Part shown: in pieces, positions 50,053 through 60,977 of the stretch | How positions within the stretch are numbered: the stretch's first letter is position 1 | Layout of the letters: each line of letters opens with the position of its first letter | Assembly (NCBI GenBank): GCA_963797275.1 | Contig: CAWCOT010000005.1 | Span: 3,668 to 67,667 of the forward strand | Direction: 5' to 3' | DNA: 64,000 nt | Origin: an uncultured Chloroflexia bacterium | GTDB taxonomy: Bacteria; Chloroflexota; Anaerolineae; Anaerolineales; UBA11579 | Made by a program: the position numbers and the translations under genes | The notes under the pieces: generated by a model | The model's input: the letters and a program-made list of their open reading frames with translations, nothing else | Databases searched by the model: none | Told to the model about the DNA's origin: nothing

Positions 50053-50086
50053 AAAAAGAAACCCCACGATCTGGGGTTTCTTTTTT
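50053..50086 (+). terminator. Intrinsic terminator
   Basis: AAAAAGAAACCCCA-CGATC-TGGGGTTTCTTTTT. Confidence 0.85.
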
Positions 50087-50096
50087 GGTACCAATG

Positions 50097-50142
50097 GCAA
50101 TAAATATTGCGTGTAATATAGATGGTGCAATAAATATTGACA
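50097..50142. promoter_or_regulatory. Tandem palindromic operator-like sites upstream of chrA
   Basis: GCAATAAATATTG at 50097 and 50127; TTGACA at 50137 overlaps the second copy. Confidence 0.55.
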
Positions 50143-50163
50143 GATTGCCGTGAACAAAAGAAA

Positions 50164-50213
50164 ACCACAAAGACACAAAGATAAATGCTTAATATTTCTT
50201 GTGTCTTTGTGGT
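50164..50213. repeat. CACAAAG-type extragenic palindrome, copy 3
   Basis: ACCACAAAGACACAAAG...CTTGTGTCTTTGTGGT. Confidence 0.75.
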
Positions 50214-50224
50214 GAAATGTTACT

Positions 50225-51345
50225 ATGTCACCCATGCGAGAGTTGGCGCTGCTCTTTCTGCGCCTGGGTTTCACGGCCTTCGGCGGCCCGGCCGCGCACA
50301 TCGCCATGCTGCACGACGAAGTGGTTCTCCGCCGCGGCTGGTTCAGCGAAGAGGAATTCCTGGACCTGCTGGGCGCCACCAACCTGATCCCCGGCCCCAA
50401 TTCCACCGAAATGATGATCCATGTCGGCCAGCGCCGCGCCGGCTGGCGCGGCCTGCTGCTGGCAGGCGCCTGTTTCATCCTGCCCGCCATGGGCATGGTC
50501 ATGGCCCTGGCCTGGCTCTACGTGCAATATGGCAGCCTGCCGCAAACCGCCTGGCTGCTGTATGGCGTCAAGCCAGTGGTCATCGTGCTCATCCTGCAGG
50601 CGCTGTTCAAGCTGGGCCGCACGGCGGTCAAGGGCTTCTGGTTCGCCGTCCTGGGCGCCGGCGTGCTGGCGCTGTACATCCTGGGCGTCAACGAACTCGT
50701 ACTGCTGTTCGGCGGCGCGGCTCTGGTGCTGTTGATTCACGCCGCCCGCAGCCGCTCGCTGCCCGACCTAAGGCCGTGGTCGCTCCCCTCGGCTTGGGCA
50801 CCCCCTCGCTGGCGGCTGCCGCCTTCAGCCTGCCCACGTTGTTCTTCACTTTCCTCAAGATCGGCGCCGTGCTGTATGGCAGCGGCTACGTGCTGCTGGC
50901 CTTTTTGCATTCGGATTTCGTCGAGGGCTTGCGTTGGCTCACCGATAAGCAATTGCTGGACGCGGTGGCCGTGGGCCAGCTCACCCCCGGCCCGGTGTTC
51001 ACCACCGCCACCTTCATCGGTTACCTGTTGGGCGGCGTACCCGGCGCTCTTCTGGCCACCCTCGGCATCTTCCTGCCCTCGTTCATCTTCGTGGCTCTCA
51101 GCGGCCCCTGGATCCCGCGCATCCGCTCCTCCCCCTGGGCCTCGGCCTTCCTGGACGGGGTCAACGTGGCCGCCCTGGGCCTCATGGCCGCCGTCACCTG
51201 GCAGTTGGGCGTGGCCTCGTTCATCGACATCCCCACGCTGCTTATCGGCGCTGGGGCCGCGCTGCTGCTCTTCCGCTACCGGGTCAATTCTGCCTGGCTG
51301 GTGCTGGGCGCGGCCGCAGCCGGGCTGCTGCTCTCCCTAACATAA
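50225..51345 (+). CDS. chrA: Chromate efflux transporter, CHR family (frameshift near 50770)
   Basis: LGFTAFGGP, IPGPNST, GAVLYGSGY, GQLTPGP, FLPSF. Confidence 0.92.
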
Positions 51346-51374
51346 AGAGAGCGGGGTTTTACCCCCGCTCTCTT
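51345..51374. terminator. Hairpin between convergent genes
   Basis: AAGAGAGCGGGG-TTTTAC-CCCCGCTCTCTT. Confidence 0.7.
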
Positions 51375-51386
51375 GAGCGTTCGCTG

Positions 51387-52253
51387 CTACTCGCTGATGT
51401 GGATGGAGGCGATCAGCGTGTCCAGTTGCCCCAGTGTCGGGTTGAAGCTATCCGCCGCCGCGCCGTTCAAAAGCGCCGTGACCGCCGCGTAGTAGCCATT
51501 CCAGTCCGCATTGGGATCGTTGTAACCGGGGAAAGCCACCCCGCCGCCCGGGAGCGCTGCGGCCGGGTCGCTGTTCTCCGCCAGCAGCGGGGAACTGACC
51601 GGCAGGATGGCGATGATGTAGTACTGGCCGTCGCTGGTCAGCCCCTGGAAGTTGTAGAACATGTCGTGATTGTTCACCGGGGCGGCATATTGGGCATATT
51701 CGGTGAGGAAGCGCACGCCACTGCCGTTCTGGAAATCGAGCTTCTGCACATTAGAGCTAAATACCGGGGCGGCATTGAAGAACACGATATACGGTATTTG
51801 GCTGGATCCCTGCATGGCGCTGGTCAAAAGATCGAAATTGTCGGATCCGTACAGATCTGCATACGTCTGCGCGGGGTACACGAGGATCTGCGGCTGGTGG
51901 AATTTGTCCTGCAAAGCATAGCCATCTAAGACCAATTGGATATGCCCGGGCATGTTTTCCCAAGGTGGCAGGTCCTCCCCCTCTGCGGGCTCAACCTGCA
52001 TGCCGCTGGCGCCACTGGCCAGCCCCTCGGGTAGCACCAGGCTCAGCGATTTAAAGGATATCGGCGTGCCTTCAAAGGCTGCGGCAGGGCTTTCCGTGGC
52101 CTCCGGCATGCTGGTGGGCTGGGCGACGGCCTCGCTATTGGCTGATGGAATATCGCTGGCGGGCGGCGAAGTTGCCGGCAGGGTGCAGGCGGTTAGCGCC
52201 AACAGGAGGGCCAAAATAAAGGGGATTACATTTTTGGGGATGTAAATGGACAT
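51387..52253 (-). CDS. Hypothetical lipoprotein
   Basis: Lipobox LTAC; Pro/Ser linker; FQNGSGVRFLT, FQGLTSDGQYYI. Confidence 0.8.
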   Translation of the reverse strand: MSIYIPKNVIPFILALLLALTACTLPATSPPASDIPSANSEAVAQPTSMPEATESPAAAFEGTPISFKSLSLVLPEGLASGASGMQVEPAEGEDLPPWENMPGHIQLVLDGYALQDKFHQPQILVYPAQTYADLYGSDNFDLLTSAMQGSSQIPYIVFFNAAPVFSSNVQKLDFQNGSGVRFLTEYAQYAAPVNNHDMFYNFQGLTSDGQYYIIAILPVSSPLLAENSDPAAALPGGGVAFPGYNDPNADWNGYYAAVTALLNGAAADSFNPTLGQLDTLIASIHISE

Positions 52254-52461
52254 CTCGGATTCCTTTCAGCCCACTTAAATATTAGAGATAGGAGATTCTC
52301 CGCTAGATAAAGTATATAGACCGGTCTGCAGACCCAAAGGACAAATTGTCACGAGAAATAGGGATTTTTGTCTCTGCCCTGGCGGCTGTTCTGCCACTGC
52401 GTCAATCCCGCCTGGCTCGTGCTATCGGAGCCATCGCACTGGCGTGCCTCATTAGCCAAAC

Positions 52462-52487
52462 AAAGGCGCCGCTAATGGCGCCTTTTT
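52462..52487. terminator. Terminator downstream of rimO
   Basis: AAAGGCGCC-GCTAAT-GGCGCCTTT. Confidence 0.65.
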
Positions 52488-53891
52488 CATAATCCGGCGG
52501 TTTCTCCCAAACCCTCGATTAAAATTACATTCCTACTGGTGTCCACTACGCCGCTCAGGTCATAGGGCATCGCCCCGGTAATGCGCACCGGCACGATCTC
52601 GCCGACGGGCGGCTGGCCTTCCACGAACACCAGCCCATCGATCTCCGGGGCGTCGCGGTAGCTGCGCCCCACGGCGATGGGCTCGCTGCTGTCCTCCATC
52701 TCGCCGTGGCCCTCGATGAGCACGTCCAAGGTCTGGCCCACCAGCGCCTGGTTGTTCTCCAACGAAATGCGCTGCTGCGCCAGCATCAGGCGCTCCTTGC
52801 GTTCGTCCTTCACTTCCTCCCGCACTGGGTCGCCCAGCGGTTCGCTGGTGGTGCCGGGCTCGAAGGAAAAGGTGAAAACGCCCACGCGGTCAAAGCGCAC
52901 CTCTTCGATGAAATCCATCAGCGTCTGGAACTCCTCCTCGGTCTCGCCAGGGTAGCCGACGATAAAGGTAGAGCGCAGCGCCAGCCCGGGGAGGGCGGTG
53001 CGCATCTTCTTCAGCGTGCGGTGCACCCAGTCCATGTTGGCCGGGCGGCGCATGCGTTTAAGCGTGTCAGGGTGAGCGTGCTGCAGGGGCATATCCAAAT
53101 ACGGGATCAGCTGCTTGTGCGCCGCCATGGTCTCGATCTGGCGGTCGCTCACCGAGCCGGGAAAGTTGTACAGGATGCGGATCCAGTCCACCTCGGTGGC
53201 TGCGTGCACCAGCGCCTCCAGCAGCGTGGCCAGCCCATCCTTCAGCCCCTGTTCGTGGCCGTAATCGGTGCTGTCCTGGGCGATGAGGTTGATCTCGCGC
53301 ACCCCCGCGTCCTGCAGGGTGCGCGCCTCTGCCAAAATATTTTCCATGGGGCGGCTGACCAAGCGTGCCCTTGATCAGCGGGATGGCGCAAAAGGCGCAG
53401 GGGCGGCGGCAGCCGTCGGCGATCTTCACATAGGCGCTGTAACCCTGTTTGGACACGCGCAGCACACCCTGCTCGTCGCGGCCCACCGTAGCGGCTTCGT
53501 CCGGCAGGTGATACAGCGGCTCGGGGCTGCTGCGGCGCTGCAGCTTGCCCACCAGGTCGAGGATGTCCATCCAGCGTCGCGTGCCCAGCAGGGCGTCCAC
53601 GCCGGGCACGCGCTCGATGACCTCGGCGCCGTAGCGCTGGGTCAGGCAGCCGGCGGCGATCAGCCACTGGTCGCTGCGCTTGTTGGCGGCCAGTTCGCCG
53701 AGCACCTGATACAACTCGTCGCGCGCCGGTCCGATAAAGCCGCAGGTGTTGACGATCAGCACCTCAGCGTCGTCGGGGCTGCTGCTGGCGGCATAGCCGT
53801 CTCGGCCGAGCAGCTGCGCCATCGATTCGGAATCGACCGTGTTCTTGGCGCAGCCCAGCGAAACCAGGTGGAAGGATTTAGGCGAAGTCAT
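52487..53891 (-). CDS. rimO: Ribosomal protein S12 methylthiotransferase (frameshift near 53365)
   Basis: SLGCAKNTVDSE, NTCGFI, AGCL, GCRRPCAFCAIP, YLDMPLQH, DAPEIDG. Confidence 0.95.
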
Positions 53892-53904
53892 GCGTCTCCC
53901 GATT

Positions 53905-55197
53905 CTATGGGGTCGTGCTGGAGGAGTCAACCGTGCTGGATGGCTCGGGAGTGGGTGTTGTAGTGGGCGTAGGCGTGGCGCTGGGAGTGAGTGCTGCGTT
54001 GGCAGTTGAGGTCAGGATCTCCGGCGCAATGGTCGGGGTGGGGGAGAGCGTGGGCGTGGCCGCACCCTGGCGGCTGAAAATCACGTCAATCACCTCGCCG
54101 TAGATGCCCAGCGTGCCCAGGTCCTGGTCGTTCAGGAAGGCGCGTAGGGCGGCGCCGTTGCCGGTGAGCAGTTCGACCTGGTTGCCGGCGCTGTAGCTGA
54201 GCTGTTGGCCCGGCGTGGTGCGCCCTTCGAATTGCACCTGGCCGTCCACTGTGACGCGCATCCAGGTGCGCTGCAGTGAGACCAGGCGCAGGTTCACCGC
54301 ACCGAGGCCGACGTCAAAGGTGGCCTGGCCCAGCAGACCGGGCGTGGCGGTGACCTGGTTACCGAGCAGATTGATCAGGCCGGGGGTGCTGCCAACCGTG
54401 GGGGAGGCGCTGGGCACTTCGTCCGTGGCCAGCAGCAGCCCTGCCAATGACGGGGCGGTAGGCTGGGGCTTTTCGGCAGCCCGCGTGGAAAGCACCTGGC
54501 CGATGCTCCACACCACGAAGACCAGCAGCAGCACGCCGGTCAGGCCGCCCACCAGCAGGTCGCGCGAGAACAGGGAAGTCAGCCAGGTTGGCGGCCGGAA
54601 AACCATCTGCGCCTGCGGCCTGCGCTGCTTCAGCGGAATGGCCGCCTGCCGCGCCTGAAAGCTGGCCTGCAACGCGTCGGCGTAGCGCAGCAGGAAAGCC
54701 CCGCTTTCCAGTCCCAGGAAGTCGGCGTAATTCCCCAGCAGGCCGCGCGCCTGGGATGGCGAAGGGAAGCTGTCGAAATCGCCGGCTTCCAGGCGTTGCA
54801 AATACGCCTCCGAGATACGCGTGCTGCTTTCTATTTCGGGGAGGGTGAGTTCCAGGCTCTCGCGGCGCTGGCGCAGCTCAGCGCCGAGCTCGGCAAATGC
54901 CGGGGGAATGGCCTCTTCGGCTGGGCTGGGTTCCTTTGCCGCTGCGACTTCCAGTTCGGCTGCCGTTTTCGGCTGCAGCAGGTCGAAAAGGACTTGCGGG
55001 TCAAGGCCCAGCGCCTCGGCGTAGGTGCGCAGAAAGCCGCGCACTGCGGCGGCAGAGGGCAGCTCCCCGAAATTACCCTCTTCGAGGGCTTGCAGGAACC
55101 GGCTGCGGATGCGCGTGGTGCGCGAAACGTCGGCAAGGCTGAGGCCGGCGGCTTCGCGGGCTTGGCGCAATTGTTGGCCTACTTGGGTGGCGCTCAT
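53905..55197 (-). CDS. rodZ: RodZ-like protein (two XRE-type HTH, TM, DUF4115)
   Basis: GQQLRQARE...RGFLRTYA and a second HTH; WMRVTVDG, GNGAAL; adjacent to rimO. Confidence 0.85.
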   Translation of the reverse strand: MSATQVGQQLRQAREAAGLSLADVSRTTRIRSRFLQALEEGNFGELPSAAAVRGFLRTYAEALGLDPQVLFDLLQPKTAAELEVAAAKEPSPAEEAIPPAFAELGAELRQRRESLELTLPEIESSTRISEAYLQRLEAGDFDSFPSPSQARGLLGNYADFLGLESGAFLLRYADALQASFQARQAAIPLKQRRPQAQMVFRPPTWLTSLFSRDLLVGGLTGVLLLVFVVWSIGQVLSTRAAEKPQPTAPSLAGLLLATDEVPSASPTVGSTPGLINLLGNQVTATPGLLGQATFDVGLGAVNLRLVSLQRTWMRVTVDGQVQFEGRTTPGQQLSYSAGNQVELLTGNGAALRAFLNDQDLGTLGIYGEVIDVIFSRQGAATPTLSPTPTIAPEILTSTANAALTPSATPTPTTTPTPEPSSTVDSSSTTP

Positions 55198-55287
55198 GGT
55201 TTAAAGCAATCAGCCTGCCCCATTGAAACATGGCAGGCTGAGATGATATCTGATGAAGTTCCGCTCTGCAGGGCAGGCGGATTATTT

Positions 55288-55956
55288 CTACTCAGCGGCT
55301 TCTGGTTCTTCTGCGCTTTCGGGTTCCTTGGGAGCGGCGGCCTGGGCCTCTTCGCTCGTTTCGGGTTCCTGTGCAGCGGCAGCCTGGGCCTTTTTGCTCG
55401 TTTTGGACTCCTCGGCGGCGACTTCCTCAGCCACGACTTCAGCGACAGGATGGGCAGCCTCGGCGGCAGCGGCCAACTCTTCGGCGGCCACCATGTAGTT
55501 CTTGGGGTCCTCACCTTCGCGGAAAACCACCACGTCGAACTCAGGGATGACGTCCACGGTGAGCCGCACGGCGGCACGGTGCATACCCAGCAAGCGCAGC
55601 GGCTGGGTATGGATCTGGCGCTTGTCAATTTGCAGGCCAATTTTTTCGTTAATCTGGTCGGCCAGCATCTGGGTGGTCACCGAGCCATACAGCTTGCCGG
55701 TCTCACCCGCCCGGGCGGGGAAGAGCAATTGCAGGTCCTTGAATTTCTCGGCCACGCCTTCCATTTCGGCGTTCAGCACAACGCGGCGCTTGTCCGCCTG
55801 AGCGGCAATCCGCTCGGCTTGATTCATAGCGCCCTTGGAGGCGGGGACAGCCAAACCTTGCGGAATCAGGAAATTACGCCCAAAGCCACTGGCCACTTTC
55901 TTGACCTGGCCGGCACGGCCCAATTTGTATACATCTTCAAGCAATAGAACGTCCAT
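55288..55956 (-). CDS. rplI: 50S ribosomal protein L9 with acidic C-terminal extension
   Basis: MDVLLLEDVYKLG, GFGRNFLIPQG, GKLYGSVT. Confidence 0.96.
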   Translation of the reverse strand: MDVLLLEDVYKLGRAGQVKKVASGFGRNFLIPQGLAVPASKGAMNQAERIAAQADKRRVVLNAEMEGVAEKFKDLQLLFPARAGETGKLYGSVTTQMLADQINEKIGLQIDKRQIHTQPLRLLGMHRAAVRLTVDVIPEFDVVVFREGEDPKNYMVAAEELAAAAEAAHPVAEVVAEEVAAEESKTSKKAQAAAAQEPETSEEAQAAAPKEPESAEEPEAAE

Positions 55957-56105
55957 TTAAATCCTCAGTGCTTCATCTCGAGTGCCGGTGTCCCCGGCAC
56001 AAAGCGCAGGGCATTCTACCAGACGGCTAAGCGGCCGTCAACGAAGCGGATCCGGATCTTGAGTGTTAGTAATACGTGTTCACGCTAAATCGAACGGAGG
56101 AAAAC

Positions 56106-56276
56106 ATGTTCAACTTCAAAATCCTGATTACATCCATAATCGCTGGGTTGATCGCAACGCTGCTCATCGTCGGGACGCCCTCCTCGGCAAGCCTGTCCAG
56201 TTTCGGCTTAAACTGGCTGGGCTGGTCAGTATTCTCTCTTACGCTGGCTTTCGGGGTAGGGCGTAGCGGTAAATAG
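56106..56276 (+). CDS. Small two-TM hypothetical protein (56 aa)
   Basis: Strong RBS GGAGG 56096-56100; two hydrophobic segments. Confidence 0.6.
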   Translation: MFNFKILITSIIAGLIATLLIVGTPSSASLSSFGLNWLGWSVFSLTLAFGVGRSGK

Positions 56277-56291
56277 CAACCGTCTTTCCGC

Positions 56292-57449
56292 CTAGGGCGC
56301 TGGAGTGGCGGTGGCGACCAGGCTGCCCAATATCCAGCCATATTCGTCCCGCGACGGGATGTAGATGTGCACCCAAAGTTGTCCCCCGGCATCCGCCGGA
56401 TCTTCGGGAAGAATGTGGATAAGGGTGCCGTTGAGCAGCGAAGTGGAAATCTGCCCTGCGGGTTCTTCGCGCAAGAAGGCGCCATTGCCTTCTTTGGCCT
56501 TGATGACCGCGAGGATGGGCGCAGGGGTTGGGGTGGGCGTCTCGGATGGGGTGGGGGTCAGGGACGGCGAAGGGGTTCGGGTGGGAGTTAGAGACGGCGT
56601 GCGGCTGGGTGTTGGGGTCAGCGTGGCGGTGGGCGTGTTACTGGGCGTCAGGGTGGGCAGCCCGATGCGCGCTCCGAACACAGCGCCAGCCCCGCTAAAG
56701 CCGACGAAAACCAGCGCTCCAGCCAACAGCACGGCGGCGCCGATGGAGTAGCCAAAAAATGAAGGCGGGCGAAAGCCAACGATAGCCAGTGTGGCCGCCC
56801 CGCACAGGGTGGCCCAGGCCAGGTGGATGGCGAAGACCACCAACCCATCCGGCCACAGGAAGGGTGTGCCGCTACCCAGGCCAAAGCCTGCAGCCGCCAA
56901 TGGAACGAAAAGGCCATAAGCTAGCAGCAGACTAGGTAACTCGGCGTTTTGGTCGCGGATCAGGGTGGCGGCGGTGAGCGCTCCGGCGGCGGTCATGGCC
57001 AGCAGTCCGATCCAATGGAACTGCGTGTAAAAGAGAGCCTGCGACGTTTCGGACCCGAGCCCAGCCTGCCCGGCCAACCAGCCGGCGGCAAATACCAGAA
57101 CACAGCCGATAAGCAAACCCGCGCCGCTTCGCACGAAATGGCGCGGTGAGCCGAGGGAGATGCCCAGGGCAACGCCCACGGCCGGAGCCATCAACGGAGC
57201 AATGAGCGCGCCGATCAGAACCAAATACGGAGAATTCAGCAGCAGGCCCAGCCCGATGACGGCTCCGGAAAATAGCGAATATAAGAAGAAGTCCACATTG
57301 GGGGCGGCGCGGTTGACCACGGCTTCCAAAGCCTGGCTGCGCTCGTCGGTGCTGAGCGGGCCAAACAGGCTGCGCTCCAACTGCCGCCGCCGCGCCGCAG
57401 GCAGTTGTGGATCATCTTCCGGTAGATTTTCGACGGGTGGCTGGTTCAT
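56292..57449 (-). CDS. DUF389 membrane protein with TP linker and SH3-like C-terminus
   Basis: GLLLNSP..LIGALIAPLM.P; LREEP...WVHI...GWI. Confidence 0.85.
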   Translation of the reverse strand: MNQPPVENLPEDDPQLPAARRRQLERSLFGPLSTDERSQALEAVVNRAAPNVDFFLYSLFSGAVIGLGLLLNSPYLVLIGALIAPLMAPAVGVALGISLGSPRHFVRSGAGLLIGCVLVFAAGWLAGQAGLGSETSQALFYTQFHWIGLLAMTAAGALTAATLIRDQNAELPSLLLAYGLFVPLAAAGFGLGSGTPFLWPDGLVVFAIHLAWATLCGAATLAIVGFRPPSFFGYSIGAAVLLAGALVFVGFSGAGAVFGARIGLPTLTPSNTPTATLTPTPSRTPSLTPTRTPSPSLTPTPSETPTPTPAPILAVIKAKEGNGAFLREEPAGQISTSLLNGTLIHILPEDPADAGGQLWVHIYIPSRDEYGWILGSLVATATPAP

Positions 57450-57520
57450 GTTTGCAGGGCCGCGGGATAGCTTGCGCGGTATTATACAGGACGCACTTTT
57501 AAGCTCCGCCCTCTTCGATT

Positions 57521-58513
57521 ATGAATTCCTCCCACCCAACGCGATTGATCTTCCCGGCGACATTGTTTGTATTGGCTGCTTTGCTGCTGGCAGCCTGCGG
57601 GTCCACCCCAACTGCAACCGCCGCGATAGCTGCTACCGCTGTGCCGCAGGCTACAGCCACACCGCAACCGCTGTTAATGCTGGTGGCTCCACCCGCTGCC
57701 GACGCGGATCTGGCGGCCACGGCCGCTGAAATCGCCGGCAGCTATGCCGCCGACCACCAACTGCAGTTCATCCAGACCCAGCAGGTGGATACAAATCAAA
57801 TGCCGGGTGCACTGGTCAAGTTGGTTGTTTTAGCGCCTGACCCGGGAGCAGGGGCTTATGCCGCCGCCGCTCCTCAAGCTCAAGTGATTACCGTTGGCTT
57901 TACTCCCCAGGAGCAGGCGGCTAACCTGGTGGCTTTGCCGTTGAGCGGGGAATCCGGTTCGGCGGCGTTTGTGGCCGGCTATATTGCCGGCCTGACCGCC
58001 GATGATTGGCGGGTGGGGATGCTCTATACATCAGCCAGCGAGAATTTGGTGCAGGATTTCGTGGGGGGAGCTCGCTATTACTGCGGGGCTTGCATCCCCG
58101 AAGCGCCGCCTGTCGCCGATTTCCCACTAGCCATTCAGTCGGATATCCAGAATTGGCAAGGCAGTGCGGATATGCTGCTTGCGGTGCAAACGCAAGTGGT
58201 GTATCTGCCGCCTGAGATGCAGGACAGCGGGGCGGCACAGTATCTGGCCAACTTTGGCGTGCTGGTGATCGGCAACGAAGCGCCCTCGGAAGGCTTAGGT
58301 GATGCATGGCTGGCCTCTGTGGGTGCGGATGCTGCAGCCGCCTTGCGGCAGCAATTGCCCCTGGCGCTGGATGGCCAAGCCCCGGCTTCCGGCTCATCCG
58401 TGAGCGTCTCGAACGCCAACCCGGGTTTGCTAAGCCAGGCGCGCCTGGACGACGTTCAAGCGGTAATTGACGATTTGGCGACCGGATATATTGTGCCTCC
58501 TTCCCAGGAATAG
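57521..58513 (+). CDS. Divergent BMP-like lipoprotein
   Basis: Lipobox LAAC; AAFVAGYIAGL...RVG...FVGGARY resembles the BMP core; lies upstream of the BMP operon. Confidence 0.7.
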   Translation: MNSSHPTRLIFPATLFVLAALLLAACGSTPTATAAIAATAVPQATATPQPLLMLVAPPAADADLAATAAEIAGSYAADHQLQFIQTQQVDTNQMPGALVKLVVLAPDPGAGAYAAAAPQAQVITVGFTPQEQAANLVALPLSGESGSAAFVAGYIAGLTADDWRVGMLYTSASENLVQDFVGGARYYCGACIPEAPPVADFPLAIQSDIQNWQGSADMLLAVQTQVVYLPPEMQDSGAAQYLANFGVLVIGNEAPSEGLGDAWLASVGADAAAALRQQLPLALDGQAPASGSSVSVSNANPGLLSQARLDDVQAVIDDLATGYIVPPSQE

Positions 58514-58644
58514 CTGGATTTGCTGGTCTAGATGACTTGGTTAGAGTTCCTTGATTTGTATATGGCTTAGTGTTAGACTGCGATAACCCAAAGGTGCAGC
58601 CAGCGTGGATGCACCCAACTATTCCTTGAGGAGGAACAAAAAGA

Positions 58645-59743
58645 ATGAGCAAGAAAGTTTACATTTTGCTCGCCCTGCTCGTGGTGGCTTCCCTGGCCTT
58701 AGCTGCTTGCGGTTCCCACAGCAGGGCGACCACCCGAAGCCCCCGCGGCCGCCGCTTGTGCCCACAAGATCGGTTTTGTAACTGACGTAGGCCAATTGCG
58801 CGACCAGGGATTCAATGAAGGCGGTTGGAACGGTGTTGTGCAAGCTGCCGAGCAACTCGGATTGAGCGAGGATTGCTACGGTTATATCCAGACAGCTGAC
58901 AGCGCCGACTACATCCCCAACATCGAATCTTTCTTGAGTGAAGGTTACGACATCATTGTGACCTCCGGCTTTGGTATGGGTGCGGCCACGCACCAATCTG
59001 GTATTGATCATCCCGACGTATACTTCATCGGTACCGATCAGGCCCAGGTCGACGCAGATTTCAATCCGGAACTACTAACCAACGTAACCGGTTTGATCTT
59101 CCACGAAGACGTTTCCGGTTTCCTGGCTGGTGCTTTGGCCGGCTTGATGACCGAAAGCAACGTCGTGGGTGGCGTTTATGGTTGCCCCTTCATCCCGGCT
59201 GTAGCGCGCTTTGAAGTGGGTTACTACAACGGTGTGAAGTACGTGAATCCGGATGCCCAGGTGTTGGATGTGTACCACCCGGGTTCGCTGGATGTTTGCT
59301 TCACTGACCCCGAATGGGCAGCTGAGACCACCAATACCCTCCTCGGTCAGGGCGTAGATGTCCTGTTCGCTGCGGGTGGCCTTACCGGCAACGGTGGCCT
59401 GATCGCCGCCTGCAATGCTGGTGTCAAGGTGATCGGTGTCGATGTGGATCAGTTTGTCAGCCTGCCGGAAGTGGATAACTGCATCATGTCCAGCGCCACC
59501 AAGGCCCTGACGGATAGTGTGGCCCAACTGGTCATTTCCGCCACCGACGGAACTTTCCCCGGCGGCGAAGTGTTTGGCCCGGCCGCCCTGGCTCCCTTCC
59601 ACAACTTTGAAGATGTGATCCCTGCCGACGTAAAGGCGCAACTGGATGATATTTCCGCCAAGATTGAATCTGGCACAATTGACCCCTGCGCTCCGTTTGA
59701 AGGATCCAACGAATCGACCTTCTGCACCCCGGTTGCTCAATAA
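58645..59743 (+). CDS. BMP family ABC substrate-binding lipoprotein (frameshift ~58715-58745)
   Basis: RBS GAGGAGG; LAAC; IGFVTDVGQLRDQGFN, GFLAGALAG, IGVDVDQ, SATK. Confidence 0.9.
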
Positions 59744-59779
59744 CCTGTTCCTGCAGATAGGTAGCTTGAATATCTAAAC

Positions 59780-59819
59780 CATTGGGAGAGCGGTCGCTAA
59801 CGCGGTCGCTCTCCCAATG
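59780..59819 (+). terminator. Intercistronic stem-loop after the binding-protein gene
   Basis: CATTGGGAGAGCG...CGCTCTCCCAATG, 13-bp stem. Confidence 0.6.
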
Positions 59820-59861
59820 CTATGAAGTAGTTTTTATCCGGAACACCATGGAAGCTTAAAC

Positions 59862-60971
59862 GTGGCGAAGCCTGACAACAGTCTAGTAGACCAAATAAAA
59901 GCAAGGCTTAGTCGTCTGGTGGTTCCAGCGCTTGCCATTTTTACGGCCCTGCTTATTTCCAGTGTGGCAATATTGATTTCAGGTTCGGATCCCTTGAAAG
60001 CCTTCGCGGCTTTAGCGGAGGGTTCCTTTGGGTCACAGGTGGCGATTGTCGAAACCCTGATCAAGGCCACACCATTTTTGCTGGTTGGTCTGGGTATCGC
60101 AGTGGCTTTTCGCGGCGGTCTGTTCAATATCGGCGTGGAAGGGCAGTTGTTTGCCGGCTCGGCCGTGGCCGTTATTATCGGATACAGCTTTCATCTACCT
60201 GCAATTATTCACTTACCGTTGGCCTTGATAGGGGGAGTGGTGGGGGGCGGGCTTTTCGGCGCACTGCCGGGCTATCTAAAAGCCCGCTACGGAGCGCACG
60301 AAGTCATTACTACGATCATGTTCAATTACATCGCCTTGCGTATTTTGAACTGGGCCATCGGCGAGGGCCCGATGCGGGCGCCGCGCACAGTTGTGCCTCA
60401 AACGTCCCCGGTATTTGAAAGCGCACGGCTGCCTATCCTGCTGGCAGATTCTCGTTTGCACGCAGGGGTAATTATTGCCGCGGTCATGACCCTGGTTGTC
60501 TACTGGTTTTTGTGGAAAACAACTATCGGGTTTGAGATCCGCACTGTGGGTGCCAACCCGAATGCAGCCCGCTACGCAGGCATCAATGTCCAAAACAACA
60601 TAGTGCTCACCATGGTCATCAGCGGCGCTCTGGCGGGATTGGCCGGCGGCATCCAAGTGCTCGGTTTGGAACCTTACACATTTACAACCGGTTTCAATGT
60701 GGGCCTGGGTTTTGACAGCATCGCCGTGGCCGTACTTGGCGCCATTCATCCTTTTGGGATTTTGATTTCCTCCATCCTATTCGGGGCTATGGATGCTGGT
60801 TCGCGTTTGATGCAGTTGCGCACCAAAGTACCGGCCGACATCATCACCATCACCCAGGGGTTGATCCTGGCCTTTGTGGCCGCCGATCAGATCATCCGCG
60901 GTATTTTCCATATCAAGGCGCCCGCTCAGGAAGACAAGATCAAGTTGAGCGGGACCTGGGGCGGCGGTTAG
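59862..60971 (+). CDS. Nucleoside-type ABC transporter permease 1
   Basis: GLFNIGVEGQ, HEVITTIMFNYI, GFEIRTVGAN..AARYAGI, GFDSIAVA. Confidence 0.92.
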   Translation: MAKPDNSLVDQIKARLSRLVVPALAIFTALLISSVAILISGSDPLKAFAALAEGSFGSQVAIVETLIKATPFLLVGLGIAVAFRGGLFNIGVEGQLFAGSAVAVIIGYSFHLPAIIHLPLALIGGVVGGGLFGALPGYLKARYGAHEVITTIMFNYIALRILNWAIGEGPMRAPRTVVPQTSPVFESARLPILLADSRLHAGVIIAAVMTLVVYWFLWKTTIGFEIRTVGANPNAARYAGINVQNNIVLTMVISGALAGLAGGIQVLGLEPYTFTTGFNVGLGFDSIAVAVLGAIHPFGILISSILFGAMDAGSRLMQLRTKVPADIITITQGLILAFVAADQIIRGIFHIKAPAQEDKIKLSGTWGGG

Positions 60972-60977
60972 TAAGCC

